A stretch of 64,000 bases of DNA. Source: an uncultured delta proteobacterium (lineage in GTDB: Bacteria; Bdellovibrionota; FAC87; UBA2466). The position numbers and the translations under genes are program-made. The notes under the pieces are model-generated. The model was not told where the DNA came from, did no database searches, and saw nothing but the letters and a program-made list of their open reading frames with translations. Below, one piece after another: positions 1 through 8,547 of the stretch. Numbering within the stretch: position 1 is the stretch's first letter; every line of letters begins with the position of its first letter. Location: positions 1,856,001 through 1,920,000 of the forward strand of contig CAVZSV010000004.1 of assembly GCA_963778115.1 (NCBI GenBank), given 5' to 3'.

Positions 1-1
1 G

Positions 2-217
2 GTTGAAGCAGAAACGCCGAAACCGAAATCGGAAAACGCGAAGAGTTCGGCCTCAGCCCTTCCCCCGCTGCCCGCGAACGAACCTCTATCCGACTGGGCT
101 AAAGACGCGCTTCTCGAATTGCCTCAGAACGATTCCGAACGAGAACCTGCAAGTGCTTCCAAGAAAAATACACCGAAAAGGAACAAACCCGCTTCCAGCG
201 AAAAGGAACCTAACTAA
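2..217 (+). CDS. 3' end of a hypothetical protein (partial, runs off window start)
   Basis: Open frame from position 2 (VEAETPKPKS...EREPASASKK...EKEPN) ending TAA 215-217, one base before the next ATG at 219. Confidence 0.6.
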   Translation, partial: VEAETPKPKSENAKSSASALPPLPANEPLSDWAKDALLELPQNDSEREPASASKKNTPKRNKPASSEKEPN

Positions 218-218
218 A

Positions 219-803
219 ATGGCAGATTTTCATGAATCTTATGCGTCGGGAAAACCTCCGTGGGATATTGACGGGCCACAACCCGCGTTCGTTGAATTGC
301 AGAAGAGAGGAGCTATCCAAGGCTCCGTTCTCGATGTGGGATGCGGAACGGGAGAGAACGCTCTTTTCTTAGCCTCTCAAGGGCTTTCTGTTACCGGCAT
401 CGATATGGTTCCGCTAGCTATCGACCAAGCCAAACAAAAATCGCTGACCCGAGGGGTCTGTTGCGAATTCGCGGTGGGCGATGCACTCGCGTTGAAAAAA
501 TTAGGAAAGCGATTTGATTCCGTCATCGATTCCGGTGTCTTTCACGTTTTTTCCGACGACGATCGAAGAAAATATGTCGAAAGTTTGGCTTCCGTTATTA
601 AACCAAACGGAAAATATTTCATGCTGGTGTTTAGCGACAGTGAGATGCGCGAAGGAGGACCCCGCCGCATTTCTCGAAGAGAAGTGGGGCAGGCCTTTTC
701 GCTCGGCTGGCAGGTGGAGTCGCTGAGCCCTACGCTATTTAGTAATACCCTTCATGAAGGGGGCAGCCGCGCCTGGATAGCCGTTATTCAGCGAAATGCT
801 TAG
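219..803 (+). CDS. Class I SAM-dependent methyltransferase
   Basis: PPWDI..PQP N-terminus, VLDVGCGTG motif I, GID, GDAL, FDSVIDSGVFH; real start is ATG 219, not the track's 3. Confidence 0.9.
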   Translation: MADFHESYASGKPPWDIDGPQPAFVELQKRGAIQGSVLDVGCGTGENALFLASQGLSVTGIDMVPLAIDQAKQKSLTRGVCCEFAVGDALALKKLGKRFDSVIDSGVFHVFSDDDRRKYVESLASVIKPNGKYFMLVFSDSEMREGGPRRISRREVGQAFSLGWQVESLSPTLFSNTLHEGGSRAWIAVIQRNA

Positions 804-868
804 TCCTTGCCCTCTCATTTGACAGATGCCGTCAAAAAGGTTCCTGTAAAAAACAAGGGGAAGGGGAC

Positions 869-1021
869 ATGATTTTACTGGTTCCAAAATCTTCACGCTC
901 AGATATCCACAACCAAGAAAAGGGATCCCGGAGCGAAATGGTGGCCATCGTCGGTATCATTCTAACGACGGCCCTGGCTCTGGGAATTTTGGTCGGTCGT
1001 CTTATGGGAACGCTAGGATAG
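869..1021 (+). CDS. Small (50 aa) protein with C-terminal transmembrane helix
   Basis: Purine-rich SD (GGGGAAGGGG) before ATG 869; MILLVPK...MVAIVGIILTTALALGILVGRLMGTLG*; below the ORF-track cutoff. Confidence 0.55.
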   Translation: MILLVPKSSRSDIHNQEKGSRSEMVAIVGIILTTALALGILVGRLMGTLG

Positions 1022-1027
1022 ATTAGC

Positions 1028-2308
1028 TTACCGCTCCATCACCGCGACGGTTCCCATACCTCCACCGGTACAGATGGAAATCAATCCTTTGCCGCTTCCT
1101 TTTTCGTTAAGAAGTGCGGCCAAGGTAGCGATGATCCTCGCGCCCGTGGCTCCAAACGGATGGCCTAACGCCACACTTCCGCCCGCAACGTTTAGTTTCG
1201 CGCGATCGATACTGCCCAGGGGATCTTTCTTGCCCAGACGATCTTTGCAGAATTCTGAGGACTCCCACGCTTTTAAAGTACAAAGCACTTGAGCCGCAAA
1301 GGCTTCATGAATCTCATAAAAATTAAAGCTCTGAAGCGGCATCCCCAATTTGTCCAGAAGGCGAGACGCCGCATACGCCGGAGCCATAAGAAGCCCTTCT
1401 GTTTTTAGATCGATCGCAGCCGTTTCGGCCGCCCTCAAGTACGCAAGTGGAGTGACTCCTCGAGACTTAGCCCAACTTTCACTGGCTAATAGCACCGTCG
1501 CCGCTCCATCCGTTAGTGGTGAACTATTTCCCGCAGTTAAAGTTCCCGCACCCGTTCTGTCGAAGGCAGGCTTTAGTTTCGCCATCTTTTCCATGGAAGT
1601 ATCAGCTCGCAGATTGTTGTCGCGATCGATCCCGCGAAAGGATTGAATGAGATCTTTATAAAAACCCCGTTCGTAAGCCTTAACACCGTTTTGATGGCTG
1701 ACTAGCGCTAATTGATCTTGTTCTTCTCGAGCAATCTTCCACGTCTTTGCCATTAATTCGCAGTGCTCTCCCATACTGAGATGAGTCGTAGGCTCCACAG
1801 CCGCAGGCGCCTGTGGTTTCATCTCTCCTAAAGAGACTCCCTTCCATGTCGAGAGTTTGTCTTTCCAGGTCTTTGCGCGAGACATGCCCACAAAACGGCG
1901 AGAGAAATCTTGGCTCAGAAAAAGATTCACGTTACTCATGGATTCGGATCCACCCGCAATTCCCACTTCGATCTGGCCAGAGGCTATCTTATGAGCGACG
2001 TCGATTCCCGCATCGAGACTGGTGGCACAAGCTCGTTGCACGAAAACACCAGGCGTTTCAGGGGCCAGCGCAGTGTTTAGAACAACGTCCCGCGCAAAAT
2101 TCCAAGTGGAGGGCGGATAGAAGACCGTTCCTAGGGCCACTTCACCTAATCTCTCGCCCGCCAAGCCATATTTGGAAACCAACTCTTTAAGGTTTTCCGT
2201 CACCAGTTCTTGAGCACCCAGGTCAGAATACTGAGTTCCCACCCGGCAAAAAGGGAGGCGTATACCGCCAATAACACACACAGGTCGTTGAAAGAATGAA
2301 GTATTCAT
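1028..2308 (-). CDS. Acetyl-CoA C-acyltransferase (thiolase)
   Basis: RACATS active-site Cys, TAGNSSPLTDGA, HEAFAAQ, GHPFGATGAR, CTGGGMG. Confidence 0.95.
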   Translation of the reverse strand: MNTSFFQRPVCVIGGIRLPFCRVGTQYSDLGAQELVTENLKELVSKYGLAGERLGEVALGTVFYPPSTWNFARDVVLNTALAPETPGVFVQRACATSLDAGIDVAHKIASGQIEVGIAGGSESMSNVNLFLSQDFSRRFVGMSRAKTWKDKLSTWKGVSLGEMKPQAPAAVEPTTHLSMGEHCELMAKTWKIAREEQDQLALVSHQNGVKAYERGFYKDLIQSFRGIDRDNNLRADTSMEKMAKLKPAFDRTGAGTLTAGNSSPLTDGAATVLLASESWAKSRGVTPLAYLRAAETAAIDLKTEGLLMAPAYAASRLLDKLGMPLQSFNFYEIHEAFAAQVLCTLKAWESSEFCKDRLGKKDPLGSIDRAKLNVAGGSVALGHPFGATGARIIATLAALLNEKGSGKGLISICTGGGMGTVAVMER

Positions 2309-2588
2309 GGCTTTTCTTTTAAATCTTTTTTCTTCCGAATGTAACCGAAAAGGGTAGCAATTGGGCGTCGCCCCATGTTACCTTCAGAGGTGAGCGTACC
2401 CATCCGGTGGGGAGAGGATCACCTAAAATGCCCTCCCGCGTGCAACGGACGTAAGCAAAAATAACTTACGAGGTCGCTTCCGATCAAAGAACCCGGCCTG
2501 TTTGATTCCCGCACGCAAATCCCACAGTCCACAATGATTGCCTAAAAAAAGAACTTGTACGTTCTCAGGCTACAGAGGTATTTCGCGC

Positions 2589-3767
2589 ATGAACGCGCCA
2601 CAAACTAACACAGATCCTATGGAACCTATATCCGACGAATCCTTCGAAACGTTCGAAACATTCCGAGAACTGAAATTACCGGAGTCACTGGCGAAGGCCC
2701 TTGATGCCATGGAATTTCTAGAACCAACGCCCATTCAGGCAAGAACCATTCCCGCGGCTTTAAAACACCGCGACGTTTTGGGAATTGCACAAACGGGAAC
2801 CGGTAAAACCGGAGCGTTTGGAATTCCCGTGATGAATGAACTTTATTTCAATGAAAAGGTCATCGCTCTTGTCCTAGCACCCACTCGGGAGCTAGCGGCG
2901 CAGATACACAAAGTCTTTAGAGATATGACCAAAGGGGTCGAATTCTACGGAACCCTGCTTGTAGGGGGCGAATCTTTTCGCCGCCAAAAAGACGAGCTTC
3001 ACCAAGGCGTCGATTACATAATCGCGACTCCCGGACGACTGATCGATCATTTGCAACAGCGAACCGTTAAATTGGATCGCGTCGGCATCTTAGTGCTAGA
3101 TGAAGTCGATCGCATGTTGGACATGGGCTTTTTACCGCAGCTCCGACAGATCATGAAACATGTCCCTGAAAAGCGCCAAACACTTATCTTCTCGGCAACC
3201 CTGCCGGATGAGATCAAGAAATTAGCCAATAGCTATTTGAAAGATCCCATTCGGGTAACGATTGCTTCGTCGAATCAAGGCACAGGCCACGTGACTCAGC
3301 AAACCGTCGAGACAATTCAGGGCAAGAAGCCTGAACTTTTGCTGCAACATCTTAAAGATCACGATGGAAAGATTTTGGTTTTCACCAGAACTAAAGATCG
3401 ATCCGAAAGATTGGCAAAGATCTGGATCGCAACGGAACTCAAGCCGGCCTGCTACATGGTGGCAGAGCTCAGGCCCAACGAAAGAAAGCTCTCGAGGCTT
3501 TCCGACGAGGAAATCCCCGAGTCCTGAGTCGCGACCGATCTCGCTGGAAGAGGTATCGACATCGACGATATTGCTCTGGTAATTAATTATGACCTTCCCT
3601 CAACGCGTGAAGACTACATTCACCGTATCGGAAGAACGGCCAGAAACGGGAAAGAAGGACTGGCTATCAGTTTTGTTACCCCTGAAGATGTCGATGCTAA
3701 ACAGATCATCACGGGGGTGAAACCAACACCGCGTGTGGTCTTTCGGAGCAGTCGACGACGACGCTAG
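2589..3767 (+). CDS. DEAD-box RNA helicase, interrupted by two compensating indels (assembly error or pseudogene)
   Basis: [36 protein letters not shown]...FRRG lies in the -1 frame at 3419-3526; [11 protein letters not shown] and HRIGRTAR resume in the original frame from 3528; stop TAG 3765-3767. Confidence 0.9.
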
Positions 3768-3796
3768 CACGCGAAACAACTCAGAGGGGGTACGGA

Positions 3797-5398
3797 GTGG
3801 ATCGCGAATCCAACATTGCGCGATTAAAAGCGGAGTCTTTTGACCTCTTAGTCATAGGCGGCGGCGCCACTGGCACTGGCGTTGCCCTAGACGCCGCTAC
3901 AAGAGGACTTAAGGTTGCCCTTGTTGAACGGGATGATTTTTCCGCGGGAACTTCTAGTAGAAGTACTAAATTGATTCATGGCGGAGTTCGCTACCTCGAA
4001 CAAGCCGTTTTAAAATTCGACCGATCGCAATTTAAGCTGGTGAGAGACGCTCTTCACGAAAGAGCCACACTTCTTAAAATAGCTCCGCACCTTTCAAGAC
4101 CCCTTGCCATTCTAACCCCTCTTTATAATCGCATCGAAGTTCCCTACTACCGAACGGGCCTTCGTTTGTACGATAGACTCGCAGGAAAGGCCGCGATCCG
4201 TAAAAGCTATTTCGTGGGGGCTAAAGAGGCTCTACAGAAATTTCCCATGCTAAAGAAAGAGCGGCTTAGAGGTGGCGTAGTTTATTATGACGGCCAATTC
4301 GACGACGCTCGAATGAATGTCTCAATCGCCGTGACCGCCCATGAAGAGGGTGCCGCTATCTCCAACCATGTCGAAGTGACTTCACTGTTAAAACAGAATG
4401 GAAAACTTTGCGGTGCCACCGTGCGAGATAAATTGAACGGAGAAGAATGGGAAATTAAAGCCAAAGTGGTCGTAAACGCTTGTGGTCCTTTCGGAGATGC
4501 CGTTCGTAAGTTCGATGATCCCAAAGCGCTGCCCTTACTCACGGCGAGTTCCGGTTCTCACATCATTTTGGATAAACACTTCTCTCCGCCGTCTACGGGA
4601 CTTCTCATTCCAAAAACCGATGACGGGCGGGTTTTATTTTTGCTTCCTTGGTTGGGCCATACTTTGGTAGGAACGACCGACCATCCGGCTCCAATCGAGC
4701 CGAACCCTCACCCGACTACGCAAGACATCGAGTATATGCTTCGGCAACTCAAACGCTACTTTGCTCTTAAAGTAGAAGACACTCACATTTTGTCCTCGTG
4801 GACGGGGCTTCGGCCGCTAGTGTCTAATCCAAAAGCCGCGGACACCGCTCGCCTTTCGCGAGATCACGTCATTCACGAAAGCGATTCGGGACTCGTGACT
4901 ATTGCAGGTGGCAAATGGACCACCTACCGAAAGATGGCGCTAGATACGGTAAACCACGCGGTAAAAGTAGGAAAATTAAATCCCCCGAAAGCCTCCCAGA
5001 CCGAGACTTGTTTTATCGCGGGGGGAGCAGGATTTGACGTAAAGAATTATTCGAAGCTTGCCACTCAGGGAAAACTCGAATCCGATATTGCCAGGCACCT
5101 AAACCACGCTTACGGAGATAGAGCCTCCGATGTGGTCACCATCGCTTGTCGCGGACTGGGAGCGAGGCTTGCGCCTGGCCATCCCTTTATCGAAGCGGAA
5201 ATTGTTTTCGGGGCGAAAAAAGAATCAGCTCGTACCGTGGTTGACCTCTTAAGCCGACGTACCCGCCTTTCTTTCTTGGATAGGAAAGCGACTTTGGGTG
5301 CGATTCCTCGAGTGGCTCAGTTATTGGGCGAGACACTAGGATGGACGGCGGCGCAACTAGCTGCGGAAGTGGCGGAGGCGAATAAGATTTTGGGGTAG
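3797..5398 (+). CDS. glpD: FAD-dependent glycerol-3-phosphate dehydrogenase
   Basis: DLLVIGGGATG, GTSSRSTKLIHGGVRYL, GQFDDAR, GTTD, GLRPL, GGKWTTYRKMA. Confidence 0.95.
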   Translation: MDRESNIARLKAESFDLLVIGGGATGTGVALDAATRGLKVALVERDDFSAGTSSRSTKLIHGGVRYLEQAVLKFDRSQFKLVRDALHERATLLKIAPHLSRPLAILTPLYNRIEVPYYRTGLRLYDRLAGKAAIRKSYFVGAKEALQKFPMLKKERLRGGVVYYDGQFDDARMNVSIAVTAHEEGAAISNHVEVTSLLKQNGKLCGATVRDKLNGEEWEIKAKVVVNACGPFGDAVRKFDDPKALPLLTASSGSHIILDKHFSPPSTGLLIPKTDDGRVLFLLPWLGHTLVGTTDHPAPIEPNPHPTTQDIEYMLRQLKRYFALKVEDTHILSSWTGLRPLVSNPKAADTARLSRDHVIHESDSGLVTIAGGKWTTYRKMALDTVNHAVKVGKLNPPKASQTETCFIAGGAGFDVKNYSKLATQGKLESDIARHLNHAYGDRASDVVTIACRGLGARLAPGHPFIEAEIVFGAKKESARTVVDLLSRRTRLSFLDRKATLGAIPRVAQLLGETLGWTAAQLAAEVAEANKILG

Positions 5399-5444
5399 CG
5401 TTGGTCGAGCGTCGTTCGCCCTGCCTGCTCCTCGAATGACAGGC

Positions 5445-6803
5445 TCAAGGACGGACGTTTCCGGGCGTCCTTTTCTGTTTTTTCGTACTGGCCGATTGTC
5501 GATTGGCCCTGGCTCTCATCCGATTGTTTCGAAGTCTATTGACCATTGACCATGGTGTCCTGGCCTGTCGGTTAAAGGCTGGAAACCCCGCCATGGGAAA
5601 TTGAGACATGGGAATATCGCCCACGGGATTGAGATCGCCGTATGGAGTCGGCTCGTATTTCATGGGAGTCTCTTGCCCTGGTGTGGGAGCAAAGAAATTT
5701 CCGAACGGTGAAGGCTGAGCCATGTTTGGCATCTTCGCACCTTTATTCTGCGGTGATGCCGGAGGACTACTTGGGATTCCGGGCATTCCCTGTCCACCGT
5801 TCCCATCGCCTGGACCTCCTCCGCCCTGAGGCCCTCCGCGCGGACCCCCGTCCCCCTGAGCAAGATTGGGATTGGTACGACTAGGAACCTGAGAGGGTTG
5901 TTGTCCGAATCCTTCACAACGACCCAACGTCAATCCGTCCTCTGCTAAAGGATTAGTGACCGGACTGGTCCCATTAGGAGTAGGAGTGATGACAGGTGAA
6001 GTTCTCGAACTGTTTTCTCCGAATAAACTAAAGGCTGTCACTGGCGAAGTATCATTATCCTGGCCTTCTTTTTTCGCGGAATCAAAATCCCCTGCGGGCG
6101 GCGCCAAAGCGGGAGCCGGAATAGTAGGGTCGGATTTACCGGGTGTAGATGCCACGGAAGCGGCTAAAGCGGAATCTTTCGCGGCATTCGTAGTAGGAGC
6201 ATCTTTCGGTAACTCAGAAGCGCGCGCCAAGCCGGTGCGGCCACCGGAAGCGGCTATCGCCTGCGTTAAGATCCTCGCTAGATCCGGGTGAAGTGGCTTC
6301 CCAGGAACAGTCAAACAAACGGCAAAGGCTAAATGCTCCGCAGGCGACCATCCCGTCTGTCCCTGTCCCGAGTGGAGCGCGTCCTCTAGAACTCCACCCT
6401 TCTTTAATTTTCGAACAAGCTCATTGGCGATCGTTTGCGCTTCTTCCAATGATTTGGCGTTTCGGATCGCCAATGCTAAGTCGCTCATCGTCTGGGCCTC
6501 AAAAGGTTCTAAGTCATGATTTCGAACGGCACGCCCCTTAGAAGCTGAGGACAAAACTTGAAAAGTGGGAGCCGGCATTCGTCCCGGCCCATCGGCAAGT
6601 TCTCGCTGAGAACGCGGACCGGGCCGAACGGTGTCATCATGAGGAATGGTGTTAACAGAGCCCGCGATTGTACGATCAAATTCTGCTTTTTGTGCCGCGG
6701 ATTCCTGACCGCCCGTAGCTTGCGGGCCGGCTTCGTCGTCCCCAAACGTCACGCCCGAAAGCACAAGGGCACACAACATTAGATATAGAAATCGGCGAAA
6801 CAT
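5445..6803 (-). CDS. Secreted hypothetical protein with Pro/Gly/Gln-rich low-complexity C-terminal half
   Basis: Signal-peptide-like MFRRFLYLMLCALVLSGVTFG from ATG 6803, G-rich SD upstream; no recognised domain. Confidence 0.7.
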   Translation of the reverse strand: MFRRFLYLMLCALVLSGVTFGDDEAGPQATGGQESAAQKAEFDRTIAGSVNTIPHDDTVRPGPRSQRELADGPGRMPAPTFQVLSSASKGRAVRNHDLEPFEAQTMSDLALAIRNAKSLEEAQTIANELVRKLKKGGVLEDALHSGQGQTGWSPAEHLAFAVCLTVPGKPLHPDLARILTQAIAASGGRTGLARASELPKDAPTTNAAKDSALAASVASTPGKSDPTIPAPALAPPAGDFDSAKKEGQDNDTSPVTAFSLFGENSSRTSPVITPTPNGTSPVTNPLAEDGLTLGRCEGFGQQPSQVPSRTNPNLAQGDGGPRGGPQGGGGPGDGNGGQGMPGIPSSPPASPQNKGAKMPNMAQPSPFGNFFAPTPGQETPMKYEPTPYGDLNPVGDIPMSQFPMAGFPAFNRQARTPWSMVNRLRNNRMRARANRQSASTKKQKRTPGNVRP

Positions 6804-6831
6804 GGACCTGGAACCCCCCAACCCTTAGGAA

Positions 6832-6847
6832 TGCACGCCGTTTGCCA
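6832..6847 (-). promoter_or_regulatory. Putative sigma-54 promoter
   Basis: Minus strand TGGCAAACGGCGTGCA = GG-N10-GC, about 30 nt before the ATG at 6803. Confidence 0.55.
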
Positions 6848-7032
6848 ATTCCCGTAGCGTGAAAACTGTCAAAAAAATGCTCAACTCAAAGAGAGTTCCT
6901 TCTGTTTTTCTTTAACGTATTGAGTTCAAGCCGCTTTCTACGGCTACCCTGTAGACAGTCGAGTTCCATCGTGGAATACGGTTTGGGCTCTCGTGATTTC
7001 AACAGGTTAGCCCTTGTACCCAGGCCGTTGGA

Positions 7033-7070
7033 TTGACACCCCTTTACGCTTAGTGTACTTGCAACACTAA
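7033..7070 (+). promoter_or_regulatory. -35 box TTGACA plus NrtR operator palindrome
   Basis: TTGACA 7033-7038; TTAGTGT-ACTTGCA-ACACTAA 7050-7070 (perfect 7-bp arms, GT-N7-AC core typical of NrtR boxes); nrtR is in the downstream operon. Confidence 0.85.
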
Positions 7071-7071
7071 C

Positions 7072-8547
7072 ATGAATTGGATTTCCACTTACGGGGGATC
7101 CCTTTCACTGCTCACTGACCTCTACGAACTCACCATGGCGTACGGATATTGGAAGTCGGGAATGCAAGATTGGGAATCCGTTTTCCATCTGACTTTTCGC
7201 CGCCAACCGTTTGGAGGAGGTTTTTCCGTCGCGTGCGGGCTTCAATTTGCGATCGATTGGATCCAAAGCTTTCACTTTCGCGAAGAAGATATCAATTACC
7301 TTTCTACGCTAAAGTCTTATGAAGGATCTCCTCTGTTCGAGGCCGATTTCCTAAAATACTTACAGAATCTGAAATTATCGGTGGATGTCGATGCCGTCCC
7401 CGAAGGGACTGCCGTCTTTCCTCATGAGCCTTTAATCCGCATTCGCGGGCCACTATTACAGTGTCAACTTTTGGAAACGATTCTTTTAAACTTTCTTGGG
7501 TTTCAAACGCTCATCGCCACAAAGGCCGCTCGGATTAAACTCGCTGCTCTGGGGGATCCGGTATTGGAATTTGGAGCTCGCAGGGCCCAAGGGGTGGACG
7601 GAGCCGTCAGTGCCAGTCGTGCGGCTTACGTCGGTGGCTGCGATGCAACGTCTAATGTTTTAGCTGGAAAACTTTTCGGTATTCCCGTTCAAGGGACGCA
7701 TGCCCACAGTTGGGTAATGGCTTTCGATAGTGAATGGGAATCGTTCGAAGCGTACGCCAAGACGATGCCCAATAACGTAATTTTTCTGGTCGACACTTAC
7801 AATACCGCTAAGGGGATCGATCATGCGATTCAGATTGGCCTTAGACTGAAAGCTCAGGGCCATGAGCTCTGGGGAATTCGTCTGGATTCTGGAGATCTCG
7901 ACGCCTTAAGCCGCGAAGCACGAACTCGGTTAGATGACGAGGGACTTCAGCAAACCAAAATATTAGGAACCAACGATTTAGATGAAACTCTCATCACAAG
8001 TCTCAAACAACAGGGCTCCAAGATTTCAGTGTGGGGAGTGGGAACCCAATTGGTAACTGCCGGAGCGGATTCTTCTTTGGGCGTAGTCTACAAACTCTCC
8101 GCGATCCGAAAGCCTGGCGAAAAGAACTGGTTGCCCCGATTAAAACTTTCCGAGCAGCCGGCCAAGATTTCCCTTCCAGGGACTCAACAAATCAGGCGTT
8201 TCAAAGACGGCCCCCGTTTTATCGCCGATACCATTTACGACGAAACGATAGGGTTCGGAGAGGAACACGGAACGCCCGTCCTGCCCACAGTGGCAACGCA
8301 GTACCCTAAAATCGGACCCAAGCAAGAGCACACGGATTTGCTCACCCCGATCTTTCGCAGCGGGAGACTAGTTTACCAAGCCCCTTCACTAGAACAAATA
8401 CGACTCCATCAAAAGCAACAGATGGAAGGGTTATCGCGCACCGTTAAGCGTTTTATTAATCCGCAAGTCTATCCCGTGGGGCTTGATATCGCGCTATCTC
8501 AGCTCCGTGCTAGCTCAATCGAACGGGCCAGAGGAAACTCCTTATGA
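7072..8547 (+). CDS. pncB: Nicotinate phosphoribosyltransferase
   Basis: LLTDLYELTM, QLLET, EFGARRAQG, GTHAHSW, LVDTY, GIRLDSGDL, GVGT, VYKL. Confidence 0.95.
   Translation: MNWISTYGGSLSLLTDLYELTMAYGYWKSGMQDWESVFHLTFRRQPFGGGFSVACGLQFAIDWIQSFHFREEDINYLSTLKSYEGSPLFEADFLKYLQNLKLSVDVDAVPEGTAVFPHEPLIRIRGPLLQCQLLETILLNFLGFQTLIATKAARIKLAALGDPVLEFGARRAQGVDGAVSASRAAYVGGCDATSNVLAGKLFGIPVQGTHAHSWVMAFDSEWESFEAYAKTMPNNVIFLVDTYNTAKGIDHAIQIGLRLKAQGHELWGIRLDSGDLDALSREARTRLDDEGLQQTKILGTNDLDETLITSLKQQGSKISVWGVGTQLVTAGADSSLGVVYKLSAIRKPGEKNWLPRLKLSEQPAKISLPGTQQIRRFKDGPRFIADTIYDETIGFGEEHGTPVLPTVATQYPKIGPKQEHTDLLTPIFRSGRLVYQAPSLEQIRLHQKQQMEGLSRTVKRFINPQVYPVGLDIALSQLRASSIERARGNSL

Noticed and set aside
3..218. N-terminal extension of the methyltransferase
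   Set aside because: It overlaps the end of an upstream gene in another frame; homology starts at ATG 219
2495..2535. tRNA/tmRNA-like T-arm (GTTTGATTCCCGC)
   Set aside because: No acceptor stem, CCA end, D-arm or tag reading frame could be built
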